In this document: one piece after another, positions 1-7,496 of the stretch | How positions within the stretch are numbered: position 1 is the stretch's first letter | Layout of the letters: the number at the start of each line of letters is the position of its first letter | Assembly: GCF_006345805.1 (NCBI RefSeq) | Contig: NW_021828602.1 | Coordinates: 1-7,978 of the forward strand | Origin: Octopus sinensis | Taxonomy: Eukaryota | Length of the DNA: 7,978 bases | Direction of reading: 5' to 3' | Notes under the pieces: generated by a model | What the model was told of the DNA's origin: nothing | The model's database searches: none | What the model saw: the letters and a program-made list of their open reading frames with translations, nothing else | Program-made: the position numbers and the translations under genes

Positions 1-293
1 ATATGGGAGACCTGGAATTGAGATCACTAAGAGTGTCGAACATAAAGGTTATCCCTATTGTCATCGGAGCATTGGATTCAATACCACCAAATCTGAAAAA
101 ACATCTGGAAACTTTTAAAATACCCTACAATCTAGGCGCCTTGCAAAAATCGGCATTACTTGGAACTCCACGCATAGTAGTGACTGTCTGGAGTCCTTGT
201 TGTGACTTGACAAACAGTACAAACCCCCGGTGGACACAATATCTTTAATCAACATCACGATATTGGATACCGTGCAACTTCTTAAATAATAAT
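1..293 (+). mobile_element. Degenerate 3' end of an RLE non-LTR retrotransposon, R4/Dong-like (copy A), cut by the window start
   Basis: Frames 2/3 give YG/DL...NIKVIPIVIGALDSIPPNLKKHLETFKIPYNLGALQKSALLGTPRIV, matching the R4-clade C-terminus (KYxDL...IPIVIGALG...LQKxxLLGTARIL) with frameshifts. A 3' UTR follows, with a GAGTC/GACTT hairpin at 191-208 and an (AAT)3 tail at 285-293. Confidence 0.8.
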
Positions 294-306
294 TATAACT
301 ATAATA

Positions 307-496
307 TTTCGTTTTTGGATTTGGTTTGCAAGATTCTTTATATGAGTTCGTGTGTTGAAGCATATTCTATTGTGTCTGGGGAGAGTCATTTTCTTTTTGT
401 GCCTTATAATGTAACACACTCACCGGTAAAATTTCCTATATTTTCTTATTTTTATTGTCCTAAAATTTTCGTTGCGTCTTGAAACCTTTTCAATAG
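307..496. mobile_element. Possible ~190-bp interspersed repeat of unknown class containing the left arm of the inverted repeat
   Basis: Complex AT-rich block between the copy A tail and the inverted arm. It resembles a recurrent octopus repeat from memory only; not verified. Confidence 0.35.
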
Positions 497-537
497 GCAC
501 AAAAAGAAAATGACTCTCCCCGGACACAACAGAATAT
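362..537. repeat. 43-bp inverted repeat with 90-bp spacer
   Basis: 362-404 ATATTCTATTGTGTCTGGGGAGAGTCATTTTCTTTTTGTGCCT is the reverse complement of 495-537 at 41/43 positions. Confidence 0.95.
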
Positions 538-552
538 AATTATGAATATTCA

Positions 553-562
553 TGTGTGTGTG

Positions 563-597
<35 letters not shown>

Positions 598-680
598 CGT
601 GCGTGTGAATATATACGTAACGCACACACACATACATATACATATATGTATGTACGCATATATATATATATATATATATT
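553..680. repeat. Compound microsatellite (TG)n-(CG)5-(CA)n-(TA)n
   Basis: Direct reading; 563-607 is uninterrupted purine-pyrimidine alternation. Confidence 0.95.
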
Positions 681-698
681 TATTATTTTTAAAAAATG

Positions 699-743
699 TT
701 ATCTAGTTTCAGCTCACGAGCTGTAGCCATGCTGGGGCACCGC
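699..743 (-). mobile_element. Isolated 45-bp 3' tip of a SINE/LINE (tail family shared with the SINE at 1494-1900)
   Basis: Reverse complement GCGGTGCCCCAGCATGGCTACAGCTCGTGAGCTGAAACTAGATAA aligns with the SINE end GGTGGTGCTCCAGCATGGCCGCAGTCAAATGACTGAAAGAAGTAAAA (1843-1889). Confidence 0.8.
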
Positions 744-796
744 ATATATATATATATATATATATTATATAGATATATATATATATATATATATAT
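744..796. repeat. (TA)n microsatellite
   Basis: Direct reading; two interruptions. Confidence 0.97.
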
Positions 797-797
797 G

Positions 798-845
798 GCG
801 GTTGCCCCAGCATGGCCACAGCTCGTGAGCTGAAACTAGATAAAA
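798..845 (+). mobile_element. Isolated 3' tip of a SINE/LINE, inverted partner of 699-743
   Basis: GCGGTTGCCCCAGCATGGCCACAGCTCGTGAGCTGAAACTAGATAAAA; differs from the left arm by 1 substitution and 1 indel. Confidence 0.8.
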
Positions 846-914
846 TTTATAAATATATATATGCACAACACAAAAGTTGTATTACCCTCGTATTTATAAT
901 TGCAGTCCAGACAA

Positions 915-1040
915 TGTGTGTGTGTACATGTGTGTGTGTGTACGTGTGTGTGTGTGTGTGTGTGTATGTGTGTATGTGTGTGTACGTGTGTGTGTGTGTA
1001 CGTGTGTGTGTGTGTACGTGTGTGTGTGTGCGTGTGTGTG
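915..1040. repeat. Interrupted (TG)n microsatellite
   Basis: Direct reading; TA and CG interruptions. Confidence 0.97.
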
Positions 1041-1110
1041 GAATATGGGGGAAACCATTTCATGGAGGTGGAGACGATATAATCAACTACAAACCACGCC
1101 TTCTGCTCAC

Positions 1111-1165
1111 CCCCACCCGCCGAAGGCGTAACTCCAGCAAGGCCGCACATCAGTCCAGAACGACT
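1111..1165 (-). other. Candidate 55-nt exon
   Basis: Minus strand reads TTCCCTTGTTTTCAG|AGTCG (acceptor AG at 1167-1166) and GGTGGGG|GTGAGC (donor GT at 1110-1109). Two of three frames are open; no recognised protein similarity. Confidence 0.25.
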
Positions 1166-1228
1166 CTGAAAACAAGGGAACTGACCAACCCTAGCCTTAG
1201 GTGAAAGCAACATGTTTTATGGACAATA

Positions 1229-1375
1229 TCGTCGTTACTATGACATGTCGTCGATCGTGGATCACGTGATCCGGACCGCCAAACTCGTAAATAAAAATGG
1301 CGCGTGTGATGAAGAGGCGATAAAATAATATATTGGGAGAGAAACGAGACGAAGTTGGCCGGTCTTGACACTCCG
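1229..1375. promoter_or_regulatory. CpG-dense unique island with palindromic E-box and YY1-like motif
   Basis: 16 CpGs counted in ~150 bp; perfect 14-bp palindrome GGATCACGTGATCC at 1259-1272; AAAATGGCG at 1294-1302. Confidence 0.35.
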
Positions 1376-1493
1376 TCTGTAGCAGTGGCCATGAAAACCA
1401 GGTGGATAAAATAATGTTATAGCCCAGGACAACGCTGCAATACGGAAATGGATAATAACGATAATAATAAATAATAGATTTTATATATATATA

Positions 1494-1900
1494 GGCGCAG
1501 GAGTGGCTGTGTGGTAAGGAGCTAGTTTACCAACCACATGGTTCCGGGTTCAGTCCCACTGCGTGACACCTTGGGCAAATGTCTTCTACTATTATAGCAT
1601 CGGGCCGACCAAAGCCTTGTGAGTGGATTTGGTAGACGGAAACTGAAAGAAGCCCGTCGTATATATGTATGTATGTGTGTGTGTATATGTTTGTGTGTCT
1701 GTGTTTGTGCCCCTAGCATTGCTTGACAACCGATGCTGGTGTGTTTATGTCCCCGTAACTTAGCGGTTCGGCAAAAGAGATCGATAGAATAAGTACTGGG
1801 CTTACAAAAGAATAAGTCCCGGGGTCGAGTTGCTCGGTTAAAGGTGGTGCTCCAGCATGGCCGCAGTCAAATGACTGAAAGAAGTAAAAGAGTAAAGAGT
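1494..1900 (+). mobile_element. Full-length tRNA-derived SINE (octopus-type; copy S1)
   Basis: A box TGGCTGTGTGG at 1504-1514 and B box GGTTCAGTCCC at 1547-1557. CORE-like CCTTGGGCAA follows the head, an internal TA/TG microsatellite lies at 1660-1709, and a 3' stem-loop precedes the AGTAAA(A)G repeat tail. Flanked by (TA)n on both sides. Confidence 0.9.
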
Positions 1901-1914
1901 ATATGTATATATAT

Positions 1915-1959
<45 letters not shown>

Positions 1960-1966
1960 ATATATA
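1900..1966. repeat. (TA)n microsatellite
   Basis: Direct reading. Confidence 0.95.
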
Positions 1967-2041
1967 ACATGAGGATGATGATGGTGGTAGTGATGTTACC
2001 ATTAATAAATAACAAGGAAACGGTAACAACAACAACAGTAA

Positions 2042-2239
2042 CCCTTTCCAACTTACGCACAAGGCCTGAAATTTTGGGAGAGACGGGGCTAGTCGCTCGT
2101 ATTGACTCCAGTGTAACACTGGTACTTAATCTATCGATCCCACCAGGGTTAAAAGCAAAGTCGACCTCGGCGGAATTTGAACTCGGAACGGACGAAATAC
2201 CGCAAAGTATTTCGCTCGATTCTGTCAGTTCACTGCCTT
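2042..2239 (-). mobile_element. tRNA-derived SINE, second family (copy S3), with small internal deletions
   Basis: Minus strand AAGGCAGTGAACTGACAGAATCG..., B box GAGTTCAAATTCC (2184-2172), core GAGGTCGACTTTGC...GATAGATTAAGTACCAG, 3' end CCTTGTG...GAAAGG and a (TTG)n tail at 2022-2040. Aligns with 2251-2460. Confidence 0.85.
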
Positions 2240-2250
2240 AAAGATAATGA

Positions 2251-2460
2251 TTTCAAGTTTTGCCACAAGGGCAGCAATTTTGGGGAAGAGGATGAGTTGA
2301 GTACATTGACCCCAGTGTAACACTGGTACTTATTTTATCGATCCTGAAAGGATGAAAGGTAAAGTTGACCTCGGTGGAATTTGTATCAGAACGTAGCGTC
2401 AGGTGAAATACGGCTAAGTATTTCGTCCGGCGTGCTAACGATTCTGCAAGCTTACCGCTT
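2251..2460 (-). mobile_element. tRNA-derived SINE, second family (copy S2)
   Basis: Minus strand AAGCGGTAAGCTTGCAGAATCGTTAGCACGCCGG..., degenerate B box (2387-2376), core GAGGTCAACTTTACCTTTCATCCTTTCAGGATCGATAAAATAAGTACCAG, 3' end CCTTGTGGCAAAACTTGAAA. Confidence 0.85.
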
Positions 2461-3119
<659 letters not shown>

Positions 3120-3618
3120 GTGTTATCATGTACATTGTTTTGTCTTGCTATAAAAGATGGGCTACAGCAAATATTCTGCTCAATACCACAGATTTGCTTG
3201 TCAGTTGTTTGACCATAACCAGTTGAGCATGTTCCTTAGTGGCTGACGATATGTGTATCTCTGATCACGAGCAGAAGTAGTGGGGGAGCATCATAGTGAT
3301 GTGTTGAGAGGGATTCATTTGGGGTTTGAATAATTCACCTTTGGAAACCTGGATGTTTCGTTCAACATTCTTACACAATCCTTACTCAGGGACCTTTTGA
3401 ACAGGATAGGCCATTCGACCTGGAGAAAATTCTAGCTGGGCCCCACCTGTAAGGTCATGTGCTGTTTATCTTGATATGAGATCACCGTGTCGCATACATA
3501 TGGTTGTGATGCATGTGCCTGGTGTACCCTCATCAGATGGGTAGTCATGATGGGTATATTGGGCTTCGTATATTTGTACCCCAGTGTCACTTTGATGGCA
3601 TACACTGCTCTCTTAGTC
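3120..3618 (+). mobile_element. Non-coding ~500-bp block embedded in (AAT)n; probable non-autonomous element or long 3' UTR of an R4/Dong-type retroposon (copy D)
   Basis: Complex, GC-richer sequence bounded sharply by (AAT)n on both sides and ending ...CTCTCTTAGTC-(AAT)21, like the R4-type copies. No recognisable coding frame. Orientation is inferred from the tail. Confidence 0.55.

Positions 3619-3681
<63 letters not shown>
3619..3681 (+). repeat. Perfect (AAT)21
   Basis: 63 bp counted. Confidence 0.97.
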
Positions 3682-3682
<1 letters not shown>

Positions 3683-4001
3683 TAGGTGCCCTGGGAATGA
3701 TAGCAAAAGGGGCTTATTGCTACCTAACTCAGATACCAGGAAACCCCAAAATGGCAGAAATTCAAAAGATAGTGCTCATGGGAACTGCTCTTATCCTACG
3801 CAAAATACTTTCTATGTAATCTCAAGTTTTAAAAGAAGCATTTTTTTTAGACATTCACTAGTACAACACCAAAAAAAACAAAAACAAATATATGGCACAC
3901 TAAGCATAACAAAAACGTGAACTTCCAACCTGGTGTCTCTTGAGGTCTCTGGGTGAGACTTGGAGCCAACTTGTACAAATATAAAGCAAAAGTCAAACAT
4001 A

Positions 4002-4002
<1 letters not shown>
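3682..4002 (+). mobile_element. 5'-truncated R4/Dong-like RLE retrotransposon 3' end (copy B)
   Basis: 3682-3819 encodes VGALGMIAKGAYCYLTQIPGNPKMAEIQKIVLMGTALILRKILSM* without disruption, matching the R4-clade C-terminus. The 3' UTR carries a GGTCTC-TGGGT-GAGACT hairpin (3944-3960) and runs directly into (AAT)n. Confidence 0.85.
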
Positions 4003-4066
<64 letters not shown>

Positions 4067-4616
4067 GTAATAGTAATAATAGTAATAGTAATAATAGTAA
4101 TAGTAATAGTAATAATAGTAATAGTAATAGTAATAATAGTAATAGTAATAGTAATAACAGTAATAGTAATAGTAATAATAGTAATAGTAATAGTAATAAA
4201 AGTAATAGTAATAGTAATAGTAATAATAATAATAATAATTATAATAATAATAATAATAGTAATAGTAATATAATAAATAAGTAATAGTAATAATAATAGT
4301 AATAGTAATAATAGTAATAGTAATAATAGTAATAGTAATAATAGTAATAGTAATAGTAATAATAGTAATAGTAATAGTAATAATAATAATAGTAATAGTA
4401 ATAATAGTAATAGTAATAGTAATAATAGTAATAGTAATAGTAATAATAGTAATAGTAATAGTAATAATAATAATAGTAATAGTAATAATAGTAATAGTAA
4501 TAGTAATAATAGTAATAGTAATAGTAATAATAGTAATAGTAATAGTAATAATAGTAATAGTAGTAGTAATAATAGTAATAGTAATAGTAATAATAGTAAT
4601 AGTAATAGTAATAGTA

Positions 4617-4652
<36 letters not shown>

Positions 4653-4901
4653 GTAATAGTAATAATAGTAATAGTAATAGTAATAATAATAATAGTAATA
4701 GTAATAATAGTAATAGTAATAGTAATAATAGTAATAGTAATAATAGTAATAGTAATAATAGTAATAGTAATAGTAATAATAGTAATAGTAATAGTAATAA
4801 TAGTAATAGTAATAGTAATAATAGTAATAGTAATAGTAATAGTAATAGTAATATAATATATAATAATATATAATATAATAATAATATAATAAAAAATAAT
4901 A

Positions 4902-4963
<62 letters not shown>

Positions 4964-4974
4964 TAATAATAATA
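4003..4974 (+). repeat. (AAT)21 followed by a long AAT/AGT compound array and further (AAT)n
   Basis: Pure AAT at 4003-4065, AGT/AAT mix at 4066-4849, degenerate then pure AAT to 4974. Confidence 0.97.
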
Positions 4975-4994
4975 AACAACAACAACAACAACAA
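4975..4994 (+). repeat. Short (AAC)n
   Basis: Direct reading. Confidence 0.9.
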
Positions 4995-5187
4995 GCCAAG
5001 ATATAGATAAATGGCTGAGAGAGGTTGTAGAGTTTCTGCAGAAAGATACTCTTGGTGATAGCAAGGATTATCAGAAGGGTTCTAAGCACTTAAAAAAACA
5101 CCTGGAAACTTGTGGATACATAAGGTTACAGGTAGTAATCCGCTACCCACATAATTCCTATCAGGAATAAGACCAAGCATGAGCTAG
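4995..5187 (+). mobile_element. Degenerate 5'-truncated R4/Dong-like 3' end (copy C)
   Basis: 5000-5044 encodes DIDKWLREVVEFLQK and, after a frameshift, 5046-5093 encodes ILLVIARIIRRVLST*, compared with consensus LQKxxLLGTARILRRVL. 3' UTR hairpin GGTTAC-AGGTA-GTAATC at 5124-5140. No AAT tail is visible; a SINE fragment abuts it. Confidence 0.7.
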
Positions 5188-5330
5188 AAGGGATTAAGTC
5201 GATTACATTGACCCCAGTGTAATCTGGTACTAATTTTATCGACTCCCGAACGGACGAAAGGCATAGTCGACCTCGGCAGCATTTGAAATCAAAACGTAAG
5301 GACGGACAAAATACTGCCAAGCATTTTGCT
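5188..5330 (-). mobile_element. Truncated SINE of the S2/S3 family (copy S4)
   Basis: + strand ACATTGACCCCAGTGTAATCTGGTACTAATTTTATCGA...GTCGACCTCGGCAGCATTTGAAATC aligns with 2303-2390. Confidence 0.85.
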
Positions 5331-5388
5331 ACAAATATTATGGAGGATCATAAATGCCACAATAAAAATTAATAGCAATTATTATGGC

Positions 5389-5414
5389 TAATAATAATAA
5401 TGATGATGATGATG

Positions 5415-5503
<89 letters not shown>

Positions 5504-5533
5504 GGAATAGAAAATGATGATGATGATGATGAT
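5389..5533 (+). repeat. (AAT)n/(GAT)n compound microsatellite
   Basis: Direct reading. Confidence 0.95.
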
Positions 5534-5599
5534 ATAACAAAGATACAGAGTGAAACATTACACAGACATACAAACATAATTAGATGCCCACACACATAA

Positions 5600-5915
5600 A
5601 CAGAGACAGACAGACAGACAAATAGACAGACGGACTGACAAACAGACAGACAGAAGGAGAGGAAATTAGAAAGGTAGAGAGAACGTGAGAGAGACATTTC
5701 ACATACTTAGGAGCATAACTTGATGCACACTGATATAAATAAGGGAGAGAGAGAGAGAGAGGGAGAGAGAGAGAAGGATAAGAAAGCGAGGGAAAGAGAG
5801 AAAAATATGTTTATATATGTGTATATATAGGGAGAGAGAGAGAGAGAGAGAGAGAGACATACAGACAGACAGACAGACAGGTAGACAGATATTTAGATAG
5901 ATAGGTAGATGGATG

Positions 5916-6008
<93 letters not shown>

Positions 6009-6043
6009 GTGAGAGTGAATGAGTTATTGAGTGAGAGAGAGAG
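5600..6043 (+). repeat. Purine-rich compound microsatellite: (ACAG)n, (AG)n, (GATA)23
   Basis: Direct reading; perfect GATA run at 5916-6007. Confidence 0.93.
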
Positions 6044-6186
6044 TGTTATGGCGATATATAACCATTGGTAGCATGACAGAATTTCAGGTCGTCTGCTTCA
6101 ATGATATTGGACGTGGCGGTTTAGGGTTTTTAATTTTGAAAGTGAATGAATGATATCGTCAACGGCAGCTGTTTATGAGTTGACCA

Positions 6187-6190
<4 letters not shown>

Positions 6191-6218
<28 letters not shown>
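6191..6218. repeat. (AC)14
   Basis: Direct reading. Confidence 0.97.
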
Positions 6219-6221
<3 letters not shown>

Positions 6222-6347
6222 TATATACACGCATATATGTGTGTTTGGGCAGACAGCATACGACACACAAAATGTGTAAACATATACATCCTTCTTTCTC
6301 GCTGTATATATTTGCCTAATAATTTCAGAGTCTATTCGTGCGTGCAC

Positions 6348-6350
<3 letters not shown>

Positions 6351-6386
<36 letters not shown>
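6351..6386. repeat. (TG)18
   Basis: Direct reading. Confidence 0.97.
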
Positions 6387-6389
<3 letters not shown>

Positions 6390-6438
6390 CTCGCCACACA
6401 CACATAGACTCATACAACACTGATCGGCTCTTTCAGCG

Positions 6439-6466
6439 ACTACTACTACTACTACTACTACTACTA
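6439..6466. repeat. (ACT)9
   Basis: Direct reading. Confidence 0.97.
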
Positions 6467-6529
6467 TCTCGTTTGTCAAATCTACAGAGACGCACAAACG
6501 TTCATAAAATATACATATATATCATTTGT

Positions 6530-6798
6530 ATGGGTGTGTATGTATATATGCCCGTGTGTCTGCGCGTGTGCGCACACGCACACACACACACACACATACA
6601 CACACACACATATATATATTTATATTTTCCCCTTTTGTAAATCCTAACAGACGTGTATATGTAAACATACAAAAACCATGTATGTATGTATCCACGGATA
6701 TATATATATTATATATTGTATATTGTATATTATGTATATTATATATTTTATATTTATAATATATATACATACATATATACATACATTCATACATATAC

Positions 6799-6856
<58 letters not shown>

Positions 6857-6858
6857 CA
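6530..6858. repeat. Compound (TG)/(CA)/(TA)/(TACA) low-complexity tract
   Basis: Direct reading. Confidence 0.9.
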
Positions 6859-6953
6859 ATCTGCCTGCTGTCACAAAACCAACACAAACAAGAAACAAAC
6901 ACAATCTCCAACATTACAACATTTAATTTAGCACCATGTTTCTAAATCATAGC

Positions 6954-6981
6954 GATAGAGGCGCCATCTATCACCGGAAGT
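6954..6981. promoter_or_regulatory. Candidate regulatory module: near-palindrome with YY1/CTCF-like core next to an ETS site
   Basis: GATAGA-GGCGCC-A-TCTATC at 6954-6972; the minus strand contains TAGATGGCGC; ACCGGAAGT at 6973-6981 matches the ETS consensus. Confidence 0.35.
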
Positions 6982-7047
6982 ATCGTTGCTGCTGGACCAC
7001 GGATATGTGTAGCCATTTTGTTTGACAGCTAAACGAACTTGCAACTC

Positions 7048-7103
7048 TTGTTGTTGCTGTTGTAGTTGGGTTTTTTTTTGTTGTTGTTGTGTTTGTGTTT
7101 TTG
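7048..7103. repeat. (TTG)n/poly-T low-complexity tract
   Basis: Direct reading. Confidence 0.9.
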
Positions 7104-7144
7104 CACTGCGTATAAAAATATATCTGTAAATACGCACTCACAGA

Positions 7145-7420
7145 TACACACACGCACATACAATATATCTATATATAAATGGTTACATAAATAGATCTAT
7201 GTATGAATGTATGTAAGTATGTATGTATGCATGTATGTATGTATGCATGTATGTATGTATATATGCATGCATGTATATATGTATGTATGTATGTATCTAT
7301 ATATATATTTATATATATATAGTGTAATAAATAAAATATATGCATACATACATATATACATATATGTACGTACCTACATCTACATGTATATATACATGCA
7401 TATATAAATATATATATATA
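7145..7420. repeat. (TATG)n/(TA)n compound microsatellite
   Basis: Direct reading. Confidence 0.93.
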
Positions 7421-7496
7421 CGTGAGTACAGTACACCACAAACAGACGTAGAACTCAACGAGAAACGAAAACGTAAAAACAAACATGGAAACGTAC

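Noticed and set aside
1111-1150. Minus-strand MCGLAGV, resembling an Ntn amidotransferase N-terminus
   Set aside because: The similarity covers only about 6 residues and the downstream sequence does not fit.
812-1213. CVCV/HTHT-rich ORFs here and at 6150-6931 and 7169-7570
   Set aside because: They are dinucleotide and tetranucleotide microsatellite read-throughs.
1208-1250. CATG-centred palindromes as p53 half-sites
   Set aside because: Neither fits RRRCWWGYYY fully and they are too far apart.
1150-1392. 80-aa minus-strand ORF starting MATATDG
   Set aside because: No recognisable domain, and the length is within chance expectation.
1494-1565. tRNA-like A/B boxes as a tRNA gene
   Set aside because: No complete cloverleaf is evident and the sequence continues into a SINE body and tail.
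3578-3587. ACCCCAGTGT shared between block D and the S2/S4 SINEs
   Set aside because: A 10-bp match with no flanking homology; likely chance.
3487-3819. 110-aa ORF with poly-Asn and a real-looking C-terminus
   Set aside because: It is a chance fusion of block D, (AAT)21 and the copy B coding remnant; no evidence of a gene.
6120-6126. TTTAGGG telomere-like motif
   Set aside because: Single copy only.
7422-7427. Perfect GTGAGT donor on +
   Set aside because: The upstream side is (TA)n microsatellite with no plausible exon or acceptor.
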